A DNA stretch of 64,000 nucleotides from the human T2T-CHM13v2.0 reference genome, Homo sapiens: contig CP068257.2 of assembly GCA_009914755.4 (NCBI GenBank), forward strand, positions 12,032,001 through 12,096,000. Direction: 5' to 3'. Every line of letters begins with the position of its first letter. Positions within the stretch are counted from its first letter, which is position 1. The notes beneath the pieces are model-generated. The model saw only the letters and a program-made list of their open reading frames with translations, was not told the DNA's origin and searched no databases. Below are positions 46,129 through 61,284 of the stretch, one piece after another. The translations under genes were made by a program, and so were the position numbers.

Positions 46129-47767
46129 TAGATCTGTACTTTCTAACAGAGCAACACAACCAGCATTTCTAACAAATGCTGCAAATCTTAAAGACGATGG
46201 TGTTCAGCATAATCTAAGAATACAGAGCATAAAAACCTATTTTGGAAAAAATATTAAAAGCATAATGGTAAAATTCAACACTTATTTTTAGAACCTACTG
46301 TGTGCCAGGCACTTTAAAAAATGTTTTTAATACAAGGATGAGCAAAATTGGTGAAATCTCTGCCCCTGTGGAGTGTCCAGTCTAATGAAAAAAACAGCAA
46401 GTTAAGAAGCAAATGCATAATATAGTGTTAGGTTGTGATAAGGGCTATGTGGAAAAAATAAAGTGTGGTTGAATATAGAATGACACAATGTGTGTGTGTA
46501 GAGAGTATTGTTGGAGAGAAGGCTCAGAAGTGAAAGAAATGATGAAAGAACCACACCAATATCTGATGCAAGAGGGAATAGCCAATCAGAAGCCTTAAGG
46601 CTGCAAGAGCTGGGAGGTTTAATAAACAGCAAGAAAAATAGTGCCAAAGTGATATAGAGTGGCAGAGGGAAAAGTAGTAAGTAACAGATACAAAAGATAA
46701 GCAGGGCCTAGATTCCCTGTGGCCTGGGAGATAATGGTGAAGACTTATGGATTTGTTTCATGTGGTGAAAATCTGTTGTAGAATTTGAGCAGGAAATGAT
46801 GTGATCTGATCTACGTTTTTGAAAGAATCATTCTGGCTCCTGTTTGGAAAATAGCTGGGATTGGGTTGGAAAAAAAAAAAGTAATGGAAATAGAGGGAAC
46901 AATCAGAAATGACTGCTGTAATTTAGAAGAGAGATAACGGAAACATGGCCTCGGGTAGTATCTACAAAAAAGGTGAGAACTCGATTTAGGATGTGTTGTG
47001 AAGGTAAAGTTGACAGGCTTTGCCAATAGAATGGATTTGGAGTGTGTAAAACATAGGGAATCCAGGCTGATTTTTAAATTGAGGGCCAGAGCCACTGGAT
47101 AGTTAGAGATGATATTTCCACTAAGACTGGAAGTGAGGGGGAGCATCATATTTGGGGCAGGGAGGAATCAAAGTTTCTGTTTTGAGTGGTTTAATTCAGA
47201 ATGCTTCTCAGATATCCCAGAGGAGGTGTTAATTTGGCAGTCAAGTATCTGAATCTGGACACAGAGGGGAGGTCAAGGCTGGATGTGTTAGTTTAGAAAT
47301 AACCAGCATTTGGGTAAGATTAAAACCTATGATATAGGATAAAATTATCTAGAGAGAGCATTTACTCAGAGAACTCTCAATATTCAGGAACACAAGCCTA
47401 TCCAGACTGGCTCAGGATAAATAAAGTTTTATGTAGAAGACAAATAGTTGCCCATGTAGAACCAAAGAAAAGGCGCAAATAAATACAAGCCCATCATCTC
47501 TCTTGGTTACATAGAATACATGAGGCAGTAAAGGATAAGGATTAAACTTTCAAGATGTGAATGTCTTGAATTCAGATGTCAAACAGAACTGAATTTGAAT
47601 CTGTTTCCCACCAGCCAAATGAGTGTTTGATGAAGATGACCATGATGATGATAATGACTTACATTTCTTAATGTTTCCCGTATGTATGTAGGACTTTTAA
47701 ACTTGTTCCAGTACAGGTAGGGAAAGAAAATTCACATTAGTTTATTCACACACATATAGAGAGAGTT

Positions 47768-47885
47768 GGGGTATCTGCGTGCTGCCCAGGCTGGGCATTT
47801 GAGCCCATTCCTGGGCTCAAATAATCCTCCTGCCTAGGTCTCCCAAAGTGCTGGGATTACAGGCATGATCCACTGTGCCCTGCCC
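47768..47885 (-). mobile_element. Alu fragment (reverse orientation)
   Basis: ctgcccaggctgggcatttgagcccattcctgggctcaaataatcctcctgcctaggtctcccaaagtgctgggattacaggcatgatccactgtgccc. Confidence 0.75.
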
Positions 47886-48096
47886 TAAATATATTTTATA
47901 TATAGCAGGTAATAAAACAAGAACATGAGGATTACAATTTTTAATCACAGAGGGAAAGATTTTGTGAGAATAACATAATTTCATATTCAAACAGCAAGTC
48001 TTTAGCTAATTCTTTGATTAAAGTATTGACAAAACCATTTTGAAAAATGTTTCTGAGGCACTTTTACCTGTGAAGTTTTGAAAGATCTACACTTTT

Positions 48097-48668
48097 TTTT
48101 TTTTTAATGTTTTTTTTTTTTATTATACTCTTAAGTTTTAGGGAACATGTGCACATTGTGCAGGTTAGTTACATATGTATACATGTGCCATGCTGGTGCG
48201 CTGCACCCACTAACATGTCATCTAGCATTAGGTATATCTCCCAATGCTATCCCTCCCCCCTCCCCCGACCCCACCACAGTCCCCAGAGTGTGATATTCCC
48301 CTTCCTGTGTCCATGTGATCTCATTGTTCAATTCCCACCTATGAGTGAGAATATGCGGTGTTTGGTTTTTTGTTCTTGCGATAGTTTACTGAGAATGATG
48401 GTTTCCAATTTCATCCATGTCCCTACAAAGGACATGAACTCATCATCATTTTTTATGGCTGCATAGTATTCCATGGTGTATATGTGCCACATTTTCTTAA
48501 TCCAGTCTATCATTGTTGGACATTTGGGTTGGTTCCAAGTCTTTGCTATTGTGAATAGTGCCACAATAAACATACGTGTGCATGTGTCTTTATAGCAGCA
48601 TGATTTATAGTCCTTTGGGTATATACCCAGTAATGGGATGGCTGGGTCAAATGGTATTTCTAGTTCTA
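48097..48668 (-). mobile_element. Young LINE-1 3' fragment (L1PA2/L1PA3/L1HS-like; 5'-truncated, ~570 bp) in reverse orientation, with its poly-A seen as poly-T at the left edge
   Basis: Reverse complement of the L1 ORF2 C-terminus plus 3'UTR: ...gggaacatgtgcacattgtgcaggttagttacatatgtatacatgtgccatgctggtgcgctgcacccactaac...ccacctatgagtgagaatatgcggtgtttgg...aaacatacgtgtgcatgtg. CpGs are retained, unlike the old L1s in this window. The ORF at 48328-48801(-) is the ORF2p C-terminus. Confidence 0.9.
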
Positions 48669-48679
48669 GATCCCTGAGG

Positions 48680-48710
<31 letters not shown>
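48669..48710. repeat. Poly-A tract (~40 nt) immediately flanking the truncated L1 5' junction
   Basis: ctgaggaaaaaaaaaaaaaaaaaaaaaaaaaaagag. Confidence 0.9.
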
Positions 48711-48712
<2 letters not shown>

Positions 48713-48904
48713 TAGGCACAGAAGTGAATTTGCCTTGTAAACTTGACTTCTGAGCTGCATAAATATTTTACGTAATTACAAAACAAAAAATAAAAAAGCA
48801 ATTTTTACAAATCTTGTGTGTTCAGTTAGGAGCACACCTTCACAGAGAGGAACTCTTCCCAATGGCTTTAAGGCACAATTGTTGTTGTTTTTAAAAATAT
48901 CTTA

Positions 48905-49045
48905 AATAAATTTTTATTTTTATAGATTTAGAGGGTACAAGTGCAGGATTGTTACATGGATAAATTGTGTGGTAGTGAAATCTGGGGCTTTTAGAAGACA
49001 CAGTAATTTGACTCTCCATCCCTAGTGCACAAAAAAGAATTAAAC
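48905..49045 (-). mobile_element. Short older L1 3'-end fragment (reverse orientation)
   Basis: tttttatagatttagagggtacaagtgcaggattgttacatggataaattgtgtggtagtgaaatctggggc resembles the reverse complement of the L1PA/L1PB 3' region. Confidence 0.5.
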
Positions 49046-52000
49046 AATTTCCAGTATTCAGGATCCAAATGAAGTTCATACAGTGATTGTTTGAAATAAC
49101 TTTTAAGTCTCTTATAATCCATATTTCCACATTTCTTTCTTTCTTTTTTTAATTTATACATTTTTCTGCTTATTGAAGAAAACTAGTTATCCTGTAGTTT
49201 TTCCTACAGTCTGAATTTTGCTGTTGCATCACCATAATATAGAAATAAAAATGATGTATGATATTTATGAGCTAATTGGAAATGTGAACATAGACTGGTT
49301 ATTTAATGATATTAAGAAATTATTGTTTATTTTGTCAGGTGAGACTATACTGTGGTCTTATTAAAATGAGATATATACTGAAGAAAAAAAAAAAAAAAGA
49401 AAGATCTACACTTGGTAAATTTAGCATCTTTTAATTTTTCTTCCCCTACAGTAATTACAAAATTCTGGAGGGGGAAAAATGTAATATTCTCCAGGAGTGA
49501 GAATGGAAGACAATACTTTGAGCTATACTAGACATAATCATTTTTGTACATGCACTTTCAGAAGAGGTCCCATGCTGTGGACTGAACTTGAAACGAAATA
49601 CAGTAATTGTCTCTGGCATTAAATACCCATAGGCATATTTTTACAAGAACATACATTAGTATATGCCTGCTAGATACATAACAATGTGTGAGTATATTTT
49701 AAGAGAATCTTAATGTGACTAACAAATAGCAATCAAATTGTTCACAATTTCAGGCTCAAAATTGAAAAGAAGAGGAATTTTTTTTACTAAAAAATTATAT
49801 ACACAGAAAGAGTGATTCAAAGTTGAGCATTAATGCAAATTAGGATGAAATACGAGAAGTAATCCTTGCCAACCATCTGCCTAGCTTCTCCCCACTTCTA
49901 CCCTTCCCTAGCAGGGGTGAGCTATTTTACCTCCTGGGGAGATGGGAAATGACAGAGAGTGAGAGGCTAATCAGAAGTTTCAAGCACCCCCTTCTCTAAA
50001 AGCAGGAGGCTGTTGGTGAGTACTGGAATTTTGTTTTTCTAATTTGGTCTTGAGGTTTCTCTCTGGAAAATGGCTGTGAATTCTAACCCTGCACTGAAAG
50101 GGCTCCAGTATTTGGGTCATGGATGTCTACAGTGACTTCTTTATCCTAGTGGATGGCCTAATGCCTAAGTGTTGCCTAGTGCCTAAGCGTCCAACCCATG
50201 ACCAGGTGTCCCACTCACAGGAAACATGCTTATACCAGCAGGCACCCTCGTGGCTCTTGTCTGACCTATGTCCAGTTTATTTCTACCAAGATATCCATTG
50301 TCTAGGAGAGCTTTCCCTTGGAAAGAAACTAGGTTCAGGTGTGTCAGTCAGGTGAGATGCAGAGGAGGCGATGCAACAAAAACCACACAATAATAGGAGG
50401 AGTTTATTACTTACAGATTAGAGAAAAGGGCAGCACTCCTTGCAGAGCTGATGGGAAAGCAGAGCCATTCCAGATATACATGCTCTACCAGAACCACAAA
50501 GTGCAGAGCAAAAGAGAGAGTGAGGGACCTGTGTGCTAAAGCTTTTATTGGAGTCCAGGGTATTATTAGGTGGGTTTCCATGGGAGTTCTAATTTGCGAG
50601 TTTAAAGCAAGCTGTTCCAAGTCCTATGTGGCCACGCTGTTACTGAGAGGTTGTCGCTGCAGCATATCTGTACAGTCTATGGGGGATGGAGGAGTCAGTG
50701 GGGTAAGCCAATAGGTGGTACCTAACTGTCCCTTAGGAAAGGTGGTCAACAGCAGACAATTGTATAAGGGAGATATCTGGATTGACCATATTAAGGAACT
50801 GGGATGAAATAGAGAACTGGAAATTGTGCCAAGGGTGACTAAACCATGTTTCTTGTATGAGAAAGTCCAACTTATATTCAAAATGAATGCCAAGGCAATA
50901 TAAAATTACAGGAATTCACTACCATGCACCCCCATGCTCCTGAATTTTCAAGTCCAGACTCCCTATATGTAGCTGATAATATGGGTGCCAAGTAATCTGG
51001 AAATTCCTGGAATTTCTGCTGCTAATTGGAAATCCCAGCCCATTTCTTTCAAGGTAATCTGTCTTTGGGTCCAAAGTCAGCATTTTATGACACTTAGGTG
51101 CTCTCATCAAAGGTGTGTGTATGAAATGGCTTAAGGAAAAAATAGACACAGAACAGCTTGCCTTTGCCCTGTAGAGCTCTCAGGTAGGTTCAACCCATCC
51201 TGGGAATTGGAGTGATTTCAGATACTCTGAATGCCTTTGGTTCCCAAACTGCCATGGGCTTGCTGGTGGAACAAAAACAGACCTTGATACCCTTACTATG
51301 AATTATATATATGATTGGCTAACTGAAAGCAAAACCATAATGGAACATGACTGCAGACACGTATATATTCTCCAGGGGTTCCATGTTTTGTTGGGGAAAA
51401 CATATCTCACCAGGTGAATGGCCTCAATGGCTGAAGGCAGCATGAACCCTAAACTCTTAGATACTTGGATAATTCATTGGGAACAACAACAGACAGAGTT
51501 GAAGCTAGTCTTTAAGAATATTCCCTACAAGCCAGCACAGGCAAAAATCTTTCAGGTATAAAATTCTCTTCTTTCTTACTGTAGTGTATCTTTGGCAACA
51601 TGGGTATACAGACTATGGAAAGCTTAAGAATGTAAGTTACATTTTAGTAGCTCTGTTGGTGGAATATATATGTGTCCAAAGAGCTTTCTTAATTGGATGT
51701 GGGCTTACCCTGTTCTACTTTAGTCCAGATTCCTTGTTATTAAGCTTTTTATTGCTGCAGCATATTCTCTAAATATAATTTACTCCTGATAATAATTAAT
51801 CAACATTACAGAAGAAAGCTATAAATATAAGGTGATAATATAAAATATATATTTATATGTCATATATTACATAGTAAATAAAATACATGTTAAATCAAAA
51901 TAAAATAGTATTATAGGCTAAAATATATATGTACACATAAACATTTAGTGTAAATGTGCATATAAAAGGAGAAAAAAGGAAATACATTAAGATGATAATA

Positions 52001-55000
52001 CTGTAGGTAGGTAGGGAGATTTTGGTAGTTTACTTTTTCACATATTCCAAAATATTTAATTACTATTTTATAACTTACATAAATTGTAGAATAACTTCTC
52101 TTGTTTAGTAACAGCATAGAGAGGGGTAAAACTGGCAGAAATGGATATGTTTGATCAATGTTGATCCTTCAAACTACAGTGATCCACTTCTGAGAACAGG
52201 GACTCATATTTAATGAGGGAGTAAGCCAGGTTCTTACAGAGCGTGAGATTCAGCTTCTCCTGTCATGAGATGGGGTCAGGCTCTGGGCCAGGAGAGCAAT
52301 GGCCAGCTTTGGAAGCTATATCTCAGGTCACATTCAAAAGCACACATTTCCAACTCTTTTCCCAACGCTGCTTTTGTCACATTAGAATGAAATTTGCCCT
52401 CTGTGTTGAAATATTCTATAAAAAACACAATCTTGCTTAAGTTAAAATTTAAAGTTAGCTTGTCTGACAGCTGGGATGTAAAGAGACAGTGAAAGGATTC
52501 TGACTTTTGGCATTGTCAGCAGTTTCCCTTGAGAGTGGAGCCCTGTCTTTCTGCAACCTGCAGCTCTCGCTTTCCTGCTGTGACTGAGCCAGTGGGATCG
52601 TCGGCCAGGAGAGGGCGCCTCACTCAGTGAGACATAAATCCAACGCACCCTATGAGGGCACTAGGAAGGTGAAACGCAATCCTCACCTACACTTGCTCTG
52701 CTCTCTGCCGTTTCAGCATTCCACCTTAGGGCGTCAGGCTTAACTTTGCAGGTGTTAAATCTCCGTGTGTCCATGAAACACTTCAAGTACTATTTCAGCA
52801 GCTTGGAGAAATGCCAAACACAAGTCAGGAAGTTATCTCCGTCAGAGGCTTGCCGCCTCACCCCTGCATGGCTCTCAGAGAAAGCTTCCTTTCTGTAAGA
52901 CACATTCCAATCATCACACTGTGGCTAAAAGGCTAAATATAGGAGAGACATTTGCCAAGATATAGCAAAGCCGATGTTGGTTTGCCTAGGCAATTTGATA
53001 AATGATGATTGTGTGCAGGTGGTGCCTAAATAGACCATAGACTACATATTAAGATAACTTATGAGGTCTGCTGGAGAGAATGGGAAAGTGGGTGTGTGTG
53101 GATGTTTGGCACAGCCTGGGGCTATGGCTATAAGAACCTGAGTCTAGGATTTGCCATAGAATATTCTGTGAGCAAAAAAGACACCTACTTCTCAGTTATA
53201 ATCCTCATAAGAATTTTTATAATATTTTTTAAGCTGTGCAATCCACAGCTGTGTAACTGAGAAAAATCACTTAACCTGTCTGAACCTAGGTTTCCTCAAA
53301 TATATTCAGTCTGCACTCCCAGGACCTCACTTTAAGAGAAACCTGAATCTCTTGAGCACGAGCATGTGGATGGGTGTTATTCCCTTCCTGCACACCTTCT
53401 GTGCTTCAAAGAGAGAACTTATGTAACCTTTTTCCTCATGTATCCCTGCTTTGAAACCTGTAAATTTCTATCTTTCTCTGCCCCTTTCTGACTTCTTTTA
53501 TTATTATTTTCAACCTCATCGATTTCTTCAAATTACTTTCCATCCACTAAATATTTCTAATGAGCCCTGTACATTTTTCTGTACCACTGTGGAAAAAAAG
53601 TAAAATAATTTCTGTCTTAACAAAGGATTGCCGCACCCATCTGGCATTAAAAGGAAGAAGAAAAAGCGGGACACATTAAAAACAATAAGCATTGATTTCT
53701 CTGGCTGTACCTACAGACCTGTTACTGTGAGGCCTTTAATCCATCTTCACCGCCGCTTTCTTCCCTTGCTTTGTCTTTTAAAGTTTCAGGGGACTGTCAC
53801 AAACAGGGTCTTACTCAGGGCCTCCTGCTGCTGCTCTGTGGCCTTGTTGAGCCCGTGGGGCTGGTTCCTGTGGCTCCTCCTGGCCAGTTGTCCACCGCAG
53901 GTGCCATGGATCCAAGAATTACCTCTGCTGGGCACCTCCCTCCCACACAATGGCACCCTGCTTCCAGGACATGCTGAGTCCTATCTCAAGGCATTCTTGG
54001 TCTTCCCTCAATGTTGCAGAGTAATATTATTTTATCTAGAACATTCCTGTGTTGAAGCTCAGTAAATGTCAGCACAAGTAGGCAAAAGTGTATTGCTTTG
54101 GGTGGTAAACTTTCTCCATGCTCTCCCCGGACCCCTTCTTATCCACTTTACCAGCCATGTGAATGCATCCTATAGCTTCTCTGTGCTTTGTTCCAAATGG
54201 CCTGCCCCTGTGACCTTCTTCAGAGGCTGACCATGGGCCAGTCCCTCCCTCCCAGAGAGAGCCTGGAATGCCTGGTAGTGTAGTTCTAGGGAAGCCTATA
54301 GCCAATGACTGTGCAAGATTCTGAAAGCCTGACTCCCTTTCCTCAAAATGGGGCAAATTCTGACATAATTTATGGTCTAGAGCTCCCCAAAGATCTGGCT
54401 AAGGCCAGGGAGTTGGCTAAAATTGTGCCTTTCTCTGTTCTTCATTTCCTTTTCTCTTGTGTTCTTCTCCTGGCCCTTAATAAATACCCTGTTCATGATC
54501 TGTGTCTCAGAGTTGGCTTCTGGAGGTCCAGCCTTAGGTATTTGGTTAGGAGTGCAAGGATGATTTTTGGAGGCAGATTCTGAGGATGGGATTCTAGAGT
54601 TAAGTCACCAGCTAAGTGGCAATAAATACCCCATCACAGGGGGTATGTGGAGCCCAGAGGGGCCCTGACACACTAGAGCATTGCAGTTGCTAAAACTTTT
54701 ACCTGGAGCGAATTAAGATGATGTCATGGGTTGAATTATGTAACCTCAAAAGATGTTGAATTTCACCCCCAGTACCTGGGAATGTGATATTACTGGGAAA
54801 TAAGATATTTGCAGATAATCCAACTAGAATGAGATCATTAGGGTGGGCCCTAATTCAATATCACTGTTGACCTCACAAAAAAAGTGAAATTTGAACATGG
54901 AGACATACATGCTTAGAGGAAAGATGGTGTGAAGACACAGGGCATCCACAAGAACAATTTGAGGCCAACAGGGAGGTCATGGAACAGATTCTTCCCTACG

Positions 55001-55385
55001 GTTCTCAGAACCAACCTTGCCGACACCTTGATTTTGGACTTCTAGTCTCCAGAACTGTGAGATAATAAATTCCTCATGTTCTATGCCACCCAATTTATTG
55101 TATTTTGTTATAGAAGCCCTAGGAAACTAATACAGAAGGGATTCTGACAGAACAGGTATGCTAGATTGTGCAATTTTCTTTGGCTTTTGATGGTACAAGG
55201 TAAATGGTCATTACAAAGGCTGTGGATGGGTTCCATGATAAATAGACTCCAGTTGGTCAGCATAAGGCAAAGTGAGAAAGTCAAAAAGTCCCTTGGCAGC
55301 TCTTAAACAAACCCCCTTTTTCTATAGCCAAGGGAGACCATGCTGAAGACCAGGCCAGGACCAACTATAAGAACAGTGGACCTTT

Positions 55386-55682
<297 letters not shown>

Positions 55683-56461
55683 CAGTGGACCTTCAGGGAC
55701 ACCCAGTTTACATCCTCAGCAATCCCATGCAACAGCCAGGAACTTGGTAAGGAAGAAATGGCTTCTTAAGACTTGGAATCAGAAAATGTGAATAGATGTC
55801 ATTGATAAATGTGAAACTGCAGCTGTCCCTGAATCCTCTGGGCCTGCAGAATGGGCCCACATCTTCTTTCTAGAGGGCAGAGCTCTCTTGCTTGAAGATT
55901 GGAAGCAAGTGTACAAATGTAAGCAGAGAAGCCTAACAAGAGATTAATTTTATGGCTTATATCTTTATTAGAACTTAAATCCAATATGTTTATTAGACCT
56001 TACAGTTCTGTCTGAGAGAAAAGAGGGATATGTTAAAGTCCTCACTCCACAAGATTTGTAACCATAGGCATAAAACCTTTAAAGGATATACTTTATGGCA
56101 GTGCATTCCAAATTTACACGTAAAACAGATTTCTGCTATTGCATTTCAAATTCAGACATAAAACAGATTTCCAACTTCTTTCACCTGTTGGGCTGGTCCC
56201 ATGTCATATACTCAATGTGCAGTACTCACTTCTTTGAGCCTCAGTAACATGTGAGTAGAAATGGGATCATTGTAATAAATCTACTTGCATCAACATATGT
56301 TCCTTGTCTCATAACAGCCATTTATCCCCAACCTTAATTAAATATTTCTGAGGGGTAACTAAAGAATACTGGATTGCTGTTGGTTTCAGATGAAATCTGT
56401 GCAGAGTCTGTGCCATGAAGGGCTCTGCCTATATTTTGGTTACAAAAGTTATCTTATTTTG

Positions 56462-56605
56462 GCAGGGTGCAATGGCTCATACTTATAATCCCAGCACTTT
56501 GGGAGGCAGAGGTAGGAGAACTGCTTGAGCCCAAGAGTTTGAGACCAGCCTAGGAAACATAGAGAGATCCCATTTCTACAAAAAAAAATTAATTAAAAAA
56601 ATTTT
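56462..56605 (+). mobile_element. Alu left monomer / truncated Alu
   Basis: ggcagggtgcaatggctcatacttataatcccagcactttgggaggcagaggtaggagaactgcttgagcccaagagtttgagaccagcctaggaaacatagagagatcccatttctacaaaaaaaaattaatt. Confidence 0.8.
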
Positions 56606-56939
56606 ATAAATTTGTAAAGCTCTTTGTGCATATATTGCCTGATGTCATATTCTCCTCAAGCAGCCCCTGAGATGAGGAGTCATGTGGGAGTAATTTGTTA
56701 ACAAGGTGATCTCAAAGGAAGACAGGGAAGGAGAAGGGAAAGAAGGATATGGAAAAGAGAGAACCCAAGAAAGTGTGTGATTTTGTCAAAGTCCAGCTTC
56801 AGCCTCATCCAACTTGAGGCCAGGGAGTCAGATTGTCAGACACTTGGACCAGTCAGTCATTGCCTAAGAACTGCACAGAGGGTTAAAGCTCCCCTCTCCC
56901 AGCTCCATGCAGAGATCCTTAAAGACAGTCCCAGTTGCG

Positions 56940-57281
<342 letters not shown>

Positions 57282-58048
57282 TTACAGAAAGAGCAAAAGA
57301 ATGTGGGGTATCTGTGTGTGCTGTCAACAGTGCTATTACTGTGAATGAATATCTGTGTCCCCCCAAAATTCATATATTGAAGCCTAACCCCCAAGTTGAT
57401 GATATTTGGAGTTGGGGCCTTGGGGAGGTGATTAGGTCATGAGTGTGGAGCCCTCATAGGTGTGATTCCTGCCCTTATAAGAAAAGATGATCTCTCTCTC
57501 CGCCATCTAAGGATACAAGAAGACAGCATCTGCAAACCAGGAAGGGGGTCTTCACCAGTCACAGTCTGCTGACACCCTGACCCTGGACTATCCTAGGCTC
57601 CAGAACTCCAGAAATCAATCTCTGTTGTTTAAATCGCTCAGTCTATGATATCTTGTTATAGCAGCCCAAACTGACTAACACAATTATACATGTCAAAATC
57701 CTTTCTAATCTGTGGATCTGGGCTTTGCAACTTTGCATGTCTCACAGCCAGCAGAGGATTCTATTATTAATGGTAATCCATGTCAAATTTAATACTATAA
57801 GAATTTTTCATAAAATCAATTTGTTTTTAACCTTTTGGCTATCAAACTAGTTGTAATTTGAAATCCAAGACAATTAAATCTTTGTAAAATGTGGGTCTTT
57901 TTGTAAGATGACTTTAACCACAGAGAAAATGTAAAATTTTAGGAAGGGTAAGACATGTAGTTAGCACTGAGATTACTATGTGAGGCCTAATGTTATCTAT
58001 GTGTAAGGCAATCATCAGTGTTACATTTCATTAGAAAGATGGCTTTTA

Positions 58049-58326
<278 letters not shown>

Positions 58327-58713
58327 CTAGCCAGCTTCACAATGGAGGCAGTTCCATAATTTGTTGGGATTTTGGAATGGCAGTGAGCTACATATCTTTT
58401 CTTTCATGTTCTAACATATAGAAAACAAACTAAGTCTTTGTATATTAGCTAACTCAGCAGAACAGTCTGTGGGAGATTATATTGATCTTGAATACACAGT
58501 GCACATGTATTGGATATTGATGCATAATTTGGGTCTAATTTCTTCTCGTATCTAAATACTCGTAAACATTTAGAATGGTTTAAATGTACAGGCTCAGAAT
58601 GACTTTAATAGGACCTTTAAAATTTATATTTATATATTTAAATAACTGCTGATGGCACTGTTGTTTATAATATTAGGTTTCTTGCTGACCTCTCAGAATT
58701 TTCCTTAGAGCCT

Positions 58714-59258
58714 GAGACAGGCCGACTGGTTGGTTCCCTATCTTAAGATTGTCTGAAGGAAAAGGATAAAAGCCCCTCAACTCAAACTCTAGCTTGTCTA
58801 ACTCTCAGCCAATCAGCAATAAAAGACCAAGGAAGCTATTAATTGCAAATTTCTATTTCAGGGGGCTAGAGGCTTTCCCAGAGTCCCATATGTGGAGTCA
58901 GACTTAAACTCCAACCTAAAGTTATCTTTTCCTCATTTCAACACTAAAGTTCATGCCCAGGGGTGGAGATTTAAAATTCTAATGCTACATGCAATGTATG
59001 AAGAAACATGTTGAGCCATTGTGCAGGTGCTAGCAAAACTCTCCCTATACATTCCCTGAGGGAATCCTTCCCTATGGAAAGACCCTATACCTAACCGAAC
59101 CACACAGTATCTTTGGGGAACAGCCCACTCCTTTTTGCTCTCTCATGGCTGGCTCCCTGAGAGGTAATAAACTCTCTTCATTGCTGCCTCTGGTGATCTC
59201 TCTTGATTTCTATCCTGAGAAATCACAAGATCTCAGGGCACTGGTAAGAAGCTTGTCA
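58714..59258. mobile_element. Possible solo ERV LTR (TG...CA ends, AATAAA in an R/U5-like region)
   Basis: Starts tgagacaggccgactgg. Contains ggtaataaactctcttcattgctgcctctggtgatctctcttgatttc, which resembles an LTR R/U5 region, and ends ...gaagcttgtcaca. The family is unassigned and the call is weak. Confidence 0.3.
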
Positions 59259-61284
59259 CAGATTCTTTGAATTTCCTCAATGGTTCTGAAACAGGAGTGT
59301 TCCCTTGACCCCTTTGCAGGACTTGTGACATGAGTGACTTGTTTACTTGTTTACCATGCTGAATCCCTTATGGAAGGAAGCACATGAGTGGATGGGTGTG
59401 GGAACCAGAGCAAATGAATGTGGAACTGGCCTGTGGCTCCTCTCCGGCGGGAGCAAGCTTTGTGTGGGTTCTGCAGCAGTGTCAAAGTGTGTTACAATAG
59501 TCTTTTAGCTCTGCGGTCTGGGAGGGGCTGTCTGCGACCCCCAGAGCCCCAGAGGGCATGTGTTACAATCAGTGCTCCTTTAACATTTGCTGTCTGTGGA
59601 TGGCTAAGTGTTAACCAGCTCAGTGGAAGGTCAGGGTGACAGCCTTTTACACTTTGCTGTCTTGGTACCTGAGTTCTGATCCAGCGTCCAGGAAGAATCA
59701 GGTCACATGAACAAATTGAAGGTGGTGAATGTGGAGGACTTTATTGAGTGGTAAAAGTGGGCCTCAGTGGGAAAGGGAGCTGGAAAGGGGATGGAGTGGG
59801 AAGATAATCTTCCCCTGGAGCCCGGGTGTCTCCAGCTGAACTCCTCTCTGACCATAGTTTCTGACCTCCAGCTGCTTCTTCTCATCTCAATATCCAGACA
59901 CTTCTCTCTTCTGTGTGTGTGTCCACTGAGTCTGGGGCTTGGGGTTCTTATGGGCACAGGATAGGGGGTGGTGTGGGGTGGGCCAAAAGGCAACAATCAG
60001 GTGGGAAAACAGGGATAGTTCTCACTTTGGGCTGAGGGTCCAAGCTTGTGGGTGGAGCCCTTGCCAAAGATCCTGCCCTTTTCTACCAGTATTTGCCTGC
60101 CTTCTGTCCATTTCAGTTCAAGACAGTTTGTGCAATTTGGAAACAGCCAGATCTAAACAGTGTAAAATCTGGATAGTCAGGCAGAATAAGGCTGGAAAAA
60201 ATATATAATTATATAGAATAAAGCTGAAAAAATTCGCTGAGTAATACTCTGTGTGTGCACCTACATGCACATGTAACAAAGTGATAATTTCTATTTCCTT
60301 AGATGTTTCAAAATGTATCTTGAACATATGACAAATATTTAATGTTTTCTGGGTGACTACATTGAAGCCCACCACTCACTTGGGACAGAAAAGTCATTTT
60401 TTGGTGTGTGATTATACTTGCTATCTTATGGTCACAACTTTTAATACTACATAGAAGCATTAATATTTTTATTTTTCCTTTAGATCCTTCACTGAATTCA
60501 ACCCAGTCTACTCAACAGTTCACCAAGAGTCTTGCTATCTCCAATTTCAGGATATGCTTTCCATCACCAATACCCAGGTTAATGGACACTCCTCAACCCT
60601 TTGTCAGTCCCTGCCCAGTGTTGCCTTTGAGACTGAACTCTGGACAGCCTTTCCATGTTCTCTTTTCTGTAAAAAGGAGACTTTTTATTTCTGGCAGCAC
60701 TTGCCTAGGAGATAGCAAAGTTAAATGTTGTGTTTCATCACAATCAGTCTCAACTAACTAAAACTAATTAAACACTAGGGATTTTGAGTAACCCACCTAC
60801 CCTCACTAGACCCTTTCTTTATCTAACTGAAGATGTTCATGATCAAGAAGCAAGAGGCTGTCTCACAGATCTCAGCCTTGTATGAAAGGTAGTTCTCAGT
60901 GCTTAATTAGCACCAGCAGCATGGCCCTACACTTCATAGCATTTAAAACCTTCAGTTTTGCCCTTAAGTCCACCTATGCAGTTGTCCCCTAATAAGCTCA
61001 GCTCAGCTCCAGGCCACCCCTGGCTCTGTGGCCCATGGTTTTTGTATTATTCTTTGTCATCTCTAATTAGCCTCTTCTGCCTCACCACTACTTAATTATT
61101 TATCCTTCTCAGAACTTCTGGCGTGTATTGTACTATATTTTACTTTTAAAATATGTTGCCAGTGTTCTCAGTTTGTCATTTATATGACATGTTCCATGAC
61201 AAAGTACATCCCTAATACAAAGCCTTAAGCAATCTCATTAAGGACAGATTGCTGATATCTAATTTCTTTTCCCATTCCTAGAGG

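Noticed and set aside
50339-50700. Possible LTR or exon around 50340-50700 (two overlapping ORFs, moderately GC)
   Set aside because: There is no recognisable repeat termini or splice-site pattern, so the evidence is insufficient to call anything.
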